NCBI GenBank assembly: GCA_040753435.1
Contig: JBFMEN010000067.1
Location: forward strand, 2,441-66,440
Direction: 5' to 3'
Length of the DNA: 64,000 bases
Source of the DNA: Candidatus Omnitrophota bacterium
Lineage (GTDB): Bacteria > Omnitrophota > Gorgyraeia > Zapsychrales > JANLHA01
Made by a program: the position numbers and the translations under genes. How positions within the stretch are numbered: position 1 is the first letter of the stretch; every line of letters begins with the position of its first letter. Shown one piece after another: positions 49,838 through 59,448 of this stretch. Under the pieces are notes generated by a model. It searched no databases and had not been told where the DNA came from. It worked only from the letters and a program-made list of their open reading frames with translations.

Positions 49838-52800
49838 AAGCTATTCGTAGACCCGTCTCATCATGCAGTATTTTATTGGTCATGCTTTTGAATTTGTCCG
49901 GGTTCGTATCTCCCGTACGGGCGCAATCGGTCGCAGAAACCACTGTGGCGGTTATCTCCACAGGCGAGCCCTCCATCTATCAAGAATTGATCCTTTCCAG
50001 TTTGGAAAGCCAGATTTCCGGAGAACCCGGCCTCGTTTTAGTTGAACGCGAGCAAATTAACAAAATCCTTGCCGAACTTGAGCTATCCACACAAATGGGG
50101 GAAGAACAGCGGGCTCTGCAATTAGGGCAGTTGATTTCTGCTGACGTCTTTCTATTTCTGTCTCTGGTCCCTGACACAAACCCGGCCATAGACCGCATCC
50201 GGTTTGTCGAGGCCAAGACCGGAACGGTACTCGATACAATCATTGAAGGAGAGCACACTTTGGTCCAGGATTTAAGCCCAATCATTTCGGTTTTAAAAAA
50301 TTCTCTGATCAAGTTGCGTGTCCCCATAGAACAAAGGCATTACGTGAGCGTAGTGGGGATGGATTCAATGGAGTTTGATGCCGATTTGGATGGACAGGCG
50401 GAAGCTTTAAGAATGTTCCTGGAGCTGGATCTTGCAAAAAACGAAAATATTATGGTAGTGGACCGGGACCATCTGCAATATTTAGAACGTGAGCGTATCT
50501 TGACCAATAAAGAGTTAAAACTGGTCAATTCATCGTATACCATCGCGGGAAGCCTGCGTTATCTTCCGGGAAAAGAGGAGATTGAGATTCTGCTGCGGTT
50601 CCGAAACCTGGACGAAGTTCAGCAAAAGAGTTATTTTGAGATAACGCAGAAAATCCCGGTTAAAAATCTGGATGAGGCACGCCAATTGTTAGCCGCTGCT
50701 ATTCTTGAGCAATTAGATATTCCCGTCCAAGATAGACAATCATCATCTAAAGAAGAAGCTGACCTCTATGCCCGGCGAGTCCCCTTGTATTTGGCAAGCG
50801 GTGATGAAGAAAAAGCGGTTCGTTATGCAGAAGTTGCTTATGCGCTATTAAAAAATCAAAATACCCGCTATTTAGCAGCAAGGGCCTGGCAGGCATGGGG
50901 CTGGAAGATCGCAAATCTTGTTCAAAAAAAGGAGACGGATCCCCGCCGCCGGGATCGTGAAACATCTGTGGGTGATCCGGCCAAACAATCCCGCACCAGC
51001 AATGTTTCCTTCCTTCGAAAGACTGGGACGAACAATAGCACAGAATCAGCCAAAGTCTACCCGTCGCCCTCTAATCCTCCGGCGCATCCCGCAGGGTTTT
51101 CCCCAACGCAACGAAATAATGATGCTTTCCTCCCGTCCCAAAAGCAATCCCAATGTCTTTCAGCGCTTATCCGGGCCGTTAATCTTCTCGAGGAATATAC
51201 CCGGGAGCACATAGAAAATTTTGAGACGGGGAGGGAAACATCAGCGCTCATCCCCGATCCCGACAACATTTTTCCTGCATCTTTAAAACTGGATTCATCT
51301 TTAACAAAATTATCGCTGCGAGATAGAATTTCAGATGACCCGGAGAAGACGAGATTATTTGAAATTTTGGTGAGCGGTCAAAATAAGGTTATCGATCAGG
51401 TTCAAAAATATTATCTTCGTCATTATGATTCTTCTTCTGATGTCCAAGTCGCATATTGGGATACCTGGCGAATGAAAAAAGAGGCGTTGAACAATTTTTA
51501 TGGTTACAACGAAGCATTGACTATTCCCCTTATTGAAGCCGTGGTCTGCGCCTTTCATGAAATTCCTTCAGGGGATCAGGATGCCCGTATTAAGGCGCTC
51601 CTTGAGATCTTAGGTATCAATACGAAATATCACATCATTCCTGAAGAGAAGAGTCTGTTTGAAAAATTAGCCGGAGATACGGATCCGCTCATCCGCATGA
51701 TGGCCCACCGGTTATTAATGCGGTTGGATCAATCAACCCAACACGTTAAAGAGATCGTAAAGATAATGATCAAGGATTTGCCCTATAATCACCCGTACAG
51801 AAAACTTAGAGATACAACACTGCTCCCGAATTATTTTACGCCTGTTTTTTACAGGATGGCAATTTTCGATGCGGAAAATTTACTTATTTTAGCGCCAAAG
51901 ATTTTGTACCCAATCCTGGAAAATAATGACATGCCTCAGCTTGTAGCTTTTCACGATATATTTTGGCCTTACATTAACGGGCTGCTTATGATGAATCAAA
52001 ACAAAGAAGCCTCAGAATTGATCAAGCGGGCCGTTGATATTCTGGAGCAAGGAAACTATCTCAGTCATTCCAATGAAGCCAGAAAATTCAGGTCCGAGCT
52101 GGATCTGATATTAGTGACTCTTAAGGAAAAGGATCAAATTGACCAGAATCTCAAGCCTTACTTCAAATATACATCTCTTCCGTTTAATGTCCGTTTGCGT
52201 CCTGAAATCGAAGCTCCGCGACTGGAAGGTCCGATAGATAAAGCACGTTTAAAGAAGGTCCCCTTTCCTGAGAGTGGAACAATCACAAATTCGATTTCAA
52301 ATACCAGTGAAGTCGTTAGGGAAAACAGCGCCGGGGTCAAACTTGCCCGGGTGATAATACAGAAGCTTGATGCCGAGGGTCACGAGACATTTACTTTTCA
52401 GGATATTGATGCCAATGAAGAAAAAAACAAATCGATCGGGACATTATGGGAAGAATATGAATCTCGCCAAATGAGAATCATGGCTTTATTGCCGAGAGAT
52501 GCGGACACTTTTCGTCCATCAGGCAGGTTATTTGCTTCTCCGCAAGTCACGATCGAGGGTGACCGGATGTTTGTCCTGTATGAAAAACAGGGCCCAGAGG
52601 GTCTTGCTATTGAAGCCGGGGAATATAATTTGCTGGATGGGATGCGCTTTAGCCTCGGACTCTCTCCCGTAGTAAAAATAGATCACGGAGAAACTTTCAT
52701 TACATCCATGGCTATCGGTCCAGACGCGGTTTATGCGGGGACACAAAAAGGGCTCATTATTTTTCCACGCACCGAAGCAAGAGCATTTCAAAATAATTCA

Positions 52801-53655
52801 TCTCAAATTCAAGCCGCGAAAGAACTCAGCAGCTTAGCCCCAGACACTGCAAAGTTATCGCGACCGGAAAATTGCAACGTCGAATTTTTAACCACAAAGG
52901 AGGGACTGCCGGCCAACAATATTTTGTCTTTAGTTTATGACCGCGATAAACTTTACATGGGGATTGGGCCAACAGGGGACGGACAAACCGAACTGACCGG
53001 GGTAAGCGGGCTTGCGCTCTATGATCTGAAGACCGGAACCTATCAGGTTTTCGCTTCAAGCCGGGATGAGGAGAAAAAAAATGGTCTGAGTCTTGGGGAT
53101 GCTTATCAGATCACGAGTCTATTAGTTGACCATTCACGGGAGTGCCTGTGGCTGGGCGTTGGGTGGAATCCGAAATTGAACGGGATCTGGCGTTACGATT
53201 TGAAAACAAACGAATTAACACAATCTGTAAAAGAGCGGTTATCGGTGGATTTTATGCAATGGGATGGAGGAAAACTTGTTTATGGGATGTATCAATCGGG
53301 TTTGACACGATATGATCCGGAAGCTAACAAAAAGGAATGGCTCATGGGTTACACTGTCTCCTCATGGACCGGAGAAAAACAGCCCTTGCCGCCTGAAGGC
53401 TACGAAGGAGAACCTCTATACGGTTATCCACAGACCCGGTTATGGCCTCTTGCTTTGGATGGGGACAGGGTTATGACATTGAGCTGGGACAAAAATAATA
53501 TTTTATTGCACCGCCCCGGAGAAGAACCAGTTTCCAAAGGTATTTTTGCGGAAAATGTCGCATATATCGGCCAGAAATATTATCTTGCTTCCAATGAACA
53601 CGGCATTTGGCTGGTAACCGTTTACGGGGAAGTATATTTAATTACACGAAAATGA
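49834..53655 (+). CDS. Large secreted protein: tandem CsgG-like domains, helical region, C-terminal beta-propeller
   Basis: LVEREQINKILAELEL...LGQLISADV; VVDRDHLQYLERE; propeller motifs TTKEGLPANNILSL, LWLG, GIWRYD; ATGA overlap with the upstream stop. Confidence 0.7.
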   Translation: MKAIRRPVSSCSILLVMLLNLSGFVSPVRAQSVAETTVAVISTGEPSIYQELILSSLESQISGEPGLVLVEREQINKILAELELSTQMGEEQRALQLGQLISADVFLFLSLVPDTNPAIDRIRFVEAKTGTVLDTIIEGEHTLVQDLSPIISVLKNSLIKLRVPIEQRHYVSVVGMDSMEFDADLDGQAEALRMFLELDLAKNENIMVVDRDHLQYLERERILTNKELKLVNSSYTIAGSLRYLPGKEEIEILLRFRNLDEVQQKSYFEITQKIPVKNLDEARQLLAAAILEQLDIPVQDRQSSSKEEADLYARRVPLYLASGDEEKAVRYAEVAYALLKNQNTRYLAARAWQAWGWKIANLVQKKETDPRRRDRETSVGDPAKQSRTSNVSFLRKTGTNNSTESAKVYPSPSNPPAHPAGFSPTQRNNDAFLPSQKQSQCLSALIRAVNLLEEYTREHIENFETGRETSALIPDPDNIFPASLKLDSSLTKLSLRDRISDDPEKTRLFEILVSGQNKVIDQVQKYYLRHYDSSSDVQVAYWDTWRMKKEALNNFYGYNEALTIPLIEAVVCAFHEIPSGDQDARIKALLEILGINTKYHIIPEEKSLFEKLAGDTDPLIRMMAHRLLMRLDQSTQHVKEIVKIMIKDLPYNHPYRKLRDTTLLPNYFTPVFYRMAIFDAENLLILAPKILYPILENNDMPQLVAFHDIFWPYINGLLMMNQNKEASELIKRAVDILEQGNYLSHSNEARKFRSELDLILVTLKEKDQIDQNLKPYFKYTSLPFNVRLRPEIEAPRLEGPIDKARLKKVPFPESGTITNSISNTSEVVRENSAGVKLARVIIQKLDAEGHETFTFQDIDANEEKNKSIGTLWEEYESRQMRIMALLPRDADTFRPSGRLFASPQVTIEGDRMFVLYEKQGPEGLAIEAGEYNLLDGMRFSLGLSPVVKIDHGETFITSMAIGPDAVYAGTQKGLIIFPRTEARAFQNNSSQIQAAKELSSLAPDTAKLSRPENCNVEFLTTKEGLPANNILSLVYDRDKLYMGIGPTGDGQTELTGVSGLALYDLKTGTYQVFASSRDEEKKNGLSLGDAYQITSLLVDHSRECLWLGVGWNPKLNGIWRYDLKTNELTQSVKERLSVDFMQWDGGKLVYGMYQSGLTRYDPEANKKEWLMGYTVSSWTGEKQPLPPEGYEGEPLYGYPQTRLWPLALDGDRVMTLSWDKNNILLHRPGEEPVSKGIFAENVAYIGQKYYLASNEHGIWLVTVYGEVYLITRK

Positions 53656-53701
53656 ATGGACTTAAAACTGCATTTTTTTGAAACGCCGATAGAAAGGAAT
53701 T

Positions 53702-54241
53702 TTGAAAATGAAAAAGAAAATGGTTGTTTTGATAGTCGCTCTTTGTTCAACATTTTTGATTCAACAAACGCAAGTTTTTGCCAATAAAGATAAAATCCGT
53801 CAATTACTGTTGGAGAATATTGGTCAAATTGATTACATTGAGGTTAATACGGATATCAGCAATGTTCGGTATGAAACGCTACATTTTGATACCCCTCTTT
53901 TAAATGACGGTATTCAACAGTATTGGGCTGTTAAATTCCGGGCGCCCCGTAATTTTAGAAATTTTTATTTTTCAATTATCTCCGATAGAGAAGGCCCAAC
54001 AGCATACCAACTCGTTCAAGTTGAAGGTCCATTGGCCGGATTCGCAGAAGGAGAACAAAATAAAACGGAGACCGGGGATATCTCGCTTTTTCATAAAATA
54101 CCTGGACAGAATTTCTTGCCTGACAGGGAATATATCCTTTATTTTATGGATTTCAATAATCGGCCCATGGATGTCCGCGTATCATTAAATTTCCTTCAGG
54201 AACCGAATTTATCATATTCTGATTTGTTTTCAAATGAATAG
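53702..54241 (+). CDS. Secreted hypothetical protein
   Basis: Signal peptide MKKKMVVLIVALC...VFA; AAGGA RBS. Confidence 0.65.
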   Translation: MKMKKKMVVLIVALCSTFLIQQTQVFANKDKIRQLLLENIGQIDYIEVNTDISNVRYETLHFDTPLLNDGIQQYWAVKFRAPRNFRNFYFSIISDREGPTAYQLVQVEGPLAGFAEGEQNKTETGDISLFHKIPGQNFLPDREYILYFMDFNNRPMDVRVSLNFLQEPNLSYSDLFSNE

Positions 54242-54277
54242 CGCTGCATACCTTGAACGACGGGAGGATGACGCCGT

Positions 54278-55024
54278 ATGAGTGAACTGATTGTTATTCC
54301 GAAATTTCTCCGAAAATCTTCTCCTGTGTTTAAATATTTCATGGATATCGACGATCTCGCCTATGACGGAATTTCCGGGGACGGGATTATCTCTTTTACG
54401 ACAAACGAAAAAAGCCGGAAGGGAAAAATCCTGATGATCAGCATGATTCAGAAACAGGAGGCTGAAATCTGGCAGGCCTACCAGGAATTAATGGCGGATT
54501 TACTCGCGGCTGTTGAAGTTAAATTGCACGGAATTTACCGGTTTGAACTCTTGTCGATGCACATGGACGAAAAGATGGAAAAATTCCAGCGGGATGAATT
54601 CCTTAAGGGCATGACCGAACTGGCCCTCGGCATGGCTGCCGGAAAACCGCAATTCGTCCAGTATTGTTCCATTCTGGGGATTTTAACGAAACATGAAATC
54701 GAAGATTACGGAAAGATCAGTTTCAGGCCGCGCATGCAAATCCTTGATTACAAAGCAGAGGAACTGGATATCCCTCTGGAACGGTTGATCAAGGCGAATC
54801 AGACGAACCAGGCGTTTTCGGGCGTCAAACGGCTGATATTTTATGATCTGAGCCGCCAGCCGCTGTATGATTGCCAAAACGAACAGCAGTCCGGGGCGCT
54901 CGCCCGGTTGGGACGGAAATTCGACCGCGACCTTTCGACAACACTGACCGAGGTCGCTATTATCGACCGGAACGGCCAGCATACATTTTTTCAAAAATCA
55001 CAAATGGAATTCGAATTGTTCTGA
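54278..55024 (+). CDS. Hypothetical protein
   Basis: 248-aa ORF with GGAGG RBS, directly upstream of the helicase. Confidence 0.65.
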   Translation: MSELIVIPKFLRKSSPVFKYFMDIDDLAYDGISGDGIISFTTNEKSRKGKILMISMIQKQEAEIWQAYQELMADLLAAVEVKLHGIYRFELLSMHMDEKMEKFQRDEFLKGMTELALGMAAGKPQFVQYCSILGILTKHEIEDYGKISFRPRMQILDYKAEELDIPLERLIKANQTNQAFSGVKRLIFYDLSRQPLYDCQNEQQSGALARLGRKFDRDLSTTLTEVAIIDRNGQHTFFQKSQMEFELF

Positions 55025-55058
55025 AATGCCCGGAGGGATGACCGGGAGAGCGGTGAGC

Positions 55059-56399
55059 ATGGACCAAACTGTTTCACTTAACGACAAAAATAATATCGAA
55101 ATTAATGATGACTTTCTTCGCGCGATCGAAGCGATCAACAGCGGAAAGAACGGTTTGTTTATTACGGGGAAACCCGGTACCGGTAAATCCACTTTTCTGG
55201 ATTTTTTCAGAACGACGACCAAGAAAAAGGCCGTTGTCCTCGCGCCCACTGGCGTCGCGGCTGTCAATATTCAAGGCCAGACAATTCACTCCTTTTTCAA
55301 TTTCAAGCCGGACATTACTGTGGATACAGTCCCTTCCGTTAAATTTGACCCATCAAAAGCCAAACTCTATAAAAGACTTGAGCTTGTCATAATCGATGAA
55401 ATCTCCATGGTCCGGTCGGATCTGATGGACTGCATCGACGCATTCCTGCGTCTTCACGGCCCGGACCGTGAAAAATCTTTCGGCGGCGTCCAAATGGTTT
55501 ATATCGGCGACTTATATCAGCTGGAACCTGTTGTTCCGCCGAATGAGCGGCACATCTTTCAGACACTTTATCGGAGTCCCTATTTTTTTGATTCACAGGC
55601 CGTGCAGAAAACAGGAGTTGAAACGATCGAATTCCGGAAAAACTACCGGCAAAACGAACAGGCCTTCCTCAAACTGCTCGACGCCATCCGTACTGGTCAG
55701 ACACGCCGGGAAGATATCGACACTTTGAACACGCGTTACCAGCCGGGCTTTATTCCGCCTGAAGATCAATTTTATATGCATTTAACGACAACAAACAAAC
55801 TGGCCGATCAGATTAACCGGGAGCGCCTTGACGCCCTCAAAGAAGACTTGTTCACCTATGAAGGCAGGAGGGCCGGGGATTTCAGCGTGAAGAACCTTCC
55901 GACCCATGAGTCTCTTGATCTAAAGATCGGCGCGCACGTCATGCTGCTCAACAATGATCCTGAAGGACGCTGGGTCAATGGCAGCGTCGGCCGGATTGAA
56001 GATATTTTCAGCGCCGGGTTCAACTCGGTCGCGGTGCTGGTTAAACTGGCCGATGGCGTTCAAGTCGAAGTTGAGCCGTTTAAATGGGAGATTTTTGAAT
56101 TTTATTATAATGAAAAAAAAGACGGGATCGATTCCAGGATCGTAGGATCATTCAAACAATTCCCTATTAAACTGGCCTGGGCCATAACAATCCATAAAAG
56201 CCAGGGAAAAACGTTTAACCGTGTCATCATCGATATCGGAAACGGTGCGTTCTGCCATGGGCAAATTTATGTCGCGTTAAGCCGCTGCACCGCATTCGGC
56301 GGAATAGTATTAAAACAAAAAATAGCCCCCGGGGATATCCGCGTTAATTCTCATGTCACGATGTTTGATATTCGGGATATCCGGACAGACGCTGATTAA
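55059..56399 (+). CDS. Pif1/RecD-like SF1B DNA helicase
   Basis: TGKPGTGKS, APTGVAA, TIHSFF, IIDEISMV, GDLYQLEPV, AITIHKSQG, YVALSR (start could be 55026). Confidence 0.9.
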   Translation: MDQTVSLNDKNNIEINDDFLRAIEAINSGKNGLFITGKPGTGKSTFLDFFRTTTKKKAVVLAPTGVAAVNIQGQTIHSFFNFKPDITVDTVPSVKFDPSKAKLYKRLELVIIDEISMVRSDLMDCIDAFLRLHGPDREKSFGGVQMVYIGDLYQLEPVVPPNERHIFQTLYRSPYFFDSQAVQKTGVETIEFRKNYRQNEQAFLKLLDAIRTGQTRREDIDTLNTRYQPGFIPPEDQFYMHLTTTNKLADQINRERLDALKEDLFTYEGRRAGDFSVKNLPTHESLDLKIGAHVMLLNNDPEGRWVNGSVGRIEDIFSAGFNSVAVLVKLADGVQVEVEPFKWEIFEFYYNEKKDGIDSRIVGSFKQFPIKLAWAITIHKSQGKTFNRVIIDIGNGAFCHGQIYVALSRCTAFGGIVLKQKIAPGDIRVNSHVTMFDIRDIRTDAD

Positions 56400-56914
56400 C
56401 AGATTCTGACAGCGCCCGTACTCCGAATTGGGAGGAGGACGCGAAGAGATTAGCCATTAACGCCGAAAGATTTTTTGCCGCCATTAAAAGGGCGCATGAC
56501 GATTACAACGGTAATCCGGATCACTGGAAAACGATAATCGGGAATGATATGAGGGAAGACGTCAGTTGGGAAAGGGGCGTTCGCAGTCACAAAGTCATTT
56601 ATGAGCTGGCCCGGGAAGATTTAAACCCTGAACTGAATTTTAAACTGGATATCCGAATTGCCGATTCTTCCGGCAATTATTTCAATGGCGACGGGGAAGT
56701 AAGGGATTCGGCCATGTTTGCCGGCAATAACACCGGGGACATCGGCGGTATTGACCTTGATCCGCGGCATATCAATATGCGGATCAGACGCGATGAAAAT
56801 AATGTCCCTTTACCCGTTGAGTTTCAGGATATCGACCATATCGATATTAACGGTTTTACTCCTGTCATAATCAACATCACCCCGGTAACAACCCTGCCGG
56901 TTATTGACAGGTAA
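56396..56914 (+). pseudogene. Orphan C-terminal fragment of a fourth giant-protein family member
   Basis: Frame open from 56396 with no signal peptide or N-domain; glycogen-synthase-like tail, then DSAMF (56705) and GGIDLDP...GFTPVIINITP. Confidence 0.75.
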
Positions 56915-56947
56915 TTCCCGGAACAAATTCCAGGGACACAATACTTA

Positions 56948-56987
56948 AGGACGACTTCAAACTTTGGAACAATCCCCGGGAAACACG
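56948..56987 (+). repeat. 40-bp direct repeat, copy 1
   Basis: AGGACGACTTCAAACTTTGGAACAATCCCCGGGAAACACG; 39/40 identical to 58212-58251. Confidence 0.85.
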
Positions 56988-57055
56988 CAGTTAAAGATGC
57001 TTCGCAAACATATTAAAACAAGGCCATGATAACGGCATAGCCAGCCTCAAATTAT

Positions 57056-57562
57056 ATGAAAAAAAAGATAATTGTTAATGATAAAATGCAAAAAAATTTC
57101 TGCTATTATCTGACGGAGCCCGCCGGTAAAAATTTCCATCCGGAATTTAAACCGGAACTTACTCCAAAAGAGATGCTTGAACTGGGAGTTTTTGGCGGGA
57201 AATACATGACCGACTGCGGAAACGAGTTTCCAGAATCTTGGTACAAAAAAGCAAAACTATGTCCCGAAAAACATGACCCAAAGCTGAATTATTTCGGTAT
57301 AAATGCAAGTCAGCCTCTTTCTCTTTGGAGAAAAAAAGGATGGATATATCCTGGAGATCCCCGCGGATGGTTTCAGTGGTACTGCCGTTATTATATGGGC
57401 AGGCGCCTGACGGAAGAGGATGAACGCCAGATAAAAAGATGGAAGGCAATAAAAAGACATATAGCTCAAATTAAGAAAAACTGTAAAGAGGGAAACATTG
57501 CCTGCAGACCAAAGCAACGGCAGGCGATACTCCATTGGGCATATGACTCGAGAAAATTATAA
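57056..57562 (+). CDS. Conserved hypothetical protein (PELTPKEMLELGVFGG / DPRGWFQWYCRYY family)
   Basis: Recognisable conserved basic, aromatic-rich family of unknown function. Confidence 0.75.
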   Translation: MKKKIIVNDKMQKNFCYYLTEPAGKNFHPEFKPELTPKEMLELGVFGGKYMTDCGNEFPESWYKKAKLCPEKHDPKLNYFGINASQPLSLWRKKGWIYPGDPRGWFQWYCRYYMGRRLTEEDERQIKRWKAIKRHIAQIKKNCKEGNIACRPKQRQAILHWAYDSRKL

Positions 57563-58152
57563 TGGAGGTAAAGAACATGAGTAAAAAAGACAGAAAAATC
57601 ATTCTCATAGCCCAGTGCCTTATCAATCCGTATTGCAGGGTGCATATTTTAGGGCAAAATTTCCCGTTATCGCAAGAGCTCACAAATTACCTTATGGAGA
57701 AGAAGGTAGGTATAATACAATATTCATGCCCCGAGACTACGGCCATGGGGCTGCGGCGCAACCCGCAGGGAAGACAGCAATATGACAGCGTTTTTTTCAG
57801 AAACCATTGCAAAGACCTTCTTAAAATACCTATGCTCATGGTCAAAGAATTCATAAAAAACAACTACCGCCTTGTTTGTTTTATTGGCCTTGAGAACAGC
57901 CCGACATGCGGAATACATTGGGGTAAGCACAAGATAAACAGATACCAGACAGAATCGCCGAACCCTGTAGATAATCATGATCCTGACGAGCCGGTATTAA
58001 AAGGAATCATGGCCGAGATTCTGGAAGAGGAGTTTACAAAGGAGAACTTAAAGGTTCCGTTTTTGGAATTCCCAACGCAATCTGAGCCATCTTCTGAGAA
58101 ACGGAAAAAGTTCTGGGAAGTTCTTGATCAGTCTGTTGCTCCGCCGACATAA
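57562..58152 (+). CDS. DUF523/TudS-related (CD3072-like) putative Fe-S protein
   Basis: ILIAQCLIN, GIIQYSCPE and GLENSPTCG Cys motifs; overlaps the upstream stop. Confidence 0.7.
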   Translation: MEVKNMSKKDRKIILIAQCLINPYCRVHILGQNFPLSQELTNYLMEKKVGIIQYSCPETTAMGLRRNPQGRQQYDSVFFRNHCKDLLKIPMLMVKEFIKNNYRLVCFIGLENSPTCGIHWGKHKINRYQTESPNPVDNHDPDEPVLKGIMAEILEEEFTKENLKVPFLEFPTQSEPSSEKRKKFWEVLDQSVAPPT

Positions 58153-58211
58153 TTCATGAGGGTTCCTCCCTTAATTGGGTGGTTAATATTAACGGTATCA
58201 ACACTTAATTC

Positions 58212-58251
58212 AGGACGACTTCAAATTTTGGAACAATCCCCGGGAAACACG
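58212..58251 (+). repeat. 40-bp direct repeat, copy 2
   Basis: AGGACGACTTCAAATTTTGGAACAATCCCCGGGAAACACG. Confidence 0.85.
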
Positions 58252-58291
58252 AAGATACTTCGATATGATCGGGGATTAAGAAAGGGTTAAA

Positions 58292-59056
58292 ATGAAACAA
58301 TGGTATGAATCATTATTTGAGAACTACGCATGCAAATACGATAAAGAATGCTTTGTCCAGGGGACTGCGGGTGAATGCGATTTTATCGAGCAGGAGGCCG
58401 GACGAGACAAGTCTATAAAGATCATAGACATCGGTTGTGGTACCGGCCGTCATGCGATTGAACTGACCAAGAGGGGATATAACGTGACCGGCGTTGATCT
58501 TTCCGGGAATCAGATCAAAAGGGCAAAGGAAAAGGCACAAGAGGCAGGGGTGACCATAGACTTCCAAACACAAGATGCCCGCAATCTTCCGTTTGATGGT
58601 GAATTTGATCTGGCAATTATGCTGTGCGAAGGCGGGTTTTCTCTTATGGAAACGGATGAAATGAATTTCGCGATCCTCAAGAGTGCGGCCAGGGCTTTGA
58701 ACGGTCAGGGGAAGCTCATCTTCACCACATTAAACGGATTGTTCCCGCTGTTTCATTCAGTCAGTGAATTCTATAAGTCGGCGGCGCAAAAAGACGGCCA
58801 GTCCCAGTGCAAGGAGTGCTCCTTTGATCTGATGACTTTCCGTGATCATAACACCGCAGTTTTTGAGGACGATTCCGGCAATAAAAGGGAGCTTAAGTGT
58901 AACGAGCGTTATTACGTGCCCAGCGAGATCACGTGGCTTTTAAAGACGATCGGGTTTAAAAAGATTGATATTTTTGGCGCGAAGCTCGGGGCATACTCAA
59001 GAAACGACAAGCTGACAACTGAAGACTTTGAAATGCTCATCGTCGCGGAGAAATGA
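58292..59056 (+). CDS. Class I SAM-dependent methyltransferase
   Basis: IIDIGCGTGRH, VTGVDLS, QDARNL, FDLAI. Confidence 0.95.
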   Translation: MKQWYESLFENYACKYDKECFVQGTAGECDFIEQEAGRDKSIKIIDIGCGTGRHAIELTKRGYNVTGVDLSGNQIKRAKEKAQEAGVTIDFQTQDARNLPFDGEFDLAIMLCEGGFSLMETDEMNFAILKSAARALNGQGKLIFTTLNGLFPLFHSVSEFYKSAAQKDGQSQCKECSFDLMTFRDHNTAVFEDDSGNKRELKCNERYYVPSEITWLLKTIGFKKIDIFGAKLGAYSRNDKLTTEDFEMLIVAEK

Positions 59057-59222
59057 AAAGTAATATAAAAAAATCTACCTGTAAATGCCTGTCAAAGTGG
59101 AAATAAGCGAATAAAAAGGCGAAACAGATAGTATGAAATAATAGGTAGCTAGATACAATAGTTGGTAGTAAAAACGTCCTGATCATACCAACCCTTTCTT
59201 AACTATTGTAAAAGTTACCAAC

Positions 59223-59402
59223 ATGGATGATATCCTAACTACCAGAGAAACCGCGAAATACCTGAAAATAAGCGAAGAATATCTACGAATGCTTATTCGA
59301 AAAAGAAGAATACCGGCTTACAAAGAAGGAGACCGGGGAGGATACCGGATCCGCAAAATAGATATTGATAAATATATTTCCCAAAGACTGAAAAGCCGTT
59401 AA
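59223..59402 (+). CDS. Excisionase-like HTH (HTH_17) protein, 59 aa (below the ORF-track cutoff)
   Basis: MDDILTTRETAKYLKISEEYLRMLIRKRRIPAYKEGDRGGYRIRKIDIDKYI. Confidence 0.85.
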   Translation: MDDILTTRETAKYLKISEEYLRMLIRKRRIPAYKEGDRGGYRIRKIDIDKYISQRLKSR

Positions 59403-59404
59403 TT

Positions 59405-59439
59405 CCTTCGCAAATTTGAAGCGAAGGCGTTTTTGTTTT
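59405..59439 (+). terminator. Probable intrinsic terminator after the HTH gene
   Basis: CCTTCGC-loop-GCGAAGG stem followed by CGTTTTTGTTTT. Confidence 0.5.
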
Positions 59440-59448
59440 ACCTCCTTT

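Noticed and set aside
11524-58251. CRISPR interpretation of the various repeats
   Set aside because: No run of three or more equal direct repeats with 30-40-nt spacers, and no cas genes
59223-59402. HTH gene as evidence for a prophage or ICE
   Set aside because: No integrase, tRNA attachment site, or phage/conjugation genes in the window
59440-59448. ACCTCCTTT (anti-SD-like) just before the kinase ATG
   Set aside because: No 16S rRNA context and no opposite-strand ORF using it; likely chance, or the true start is ATG 59530
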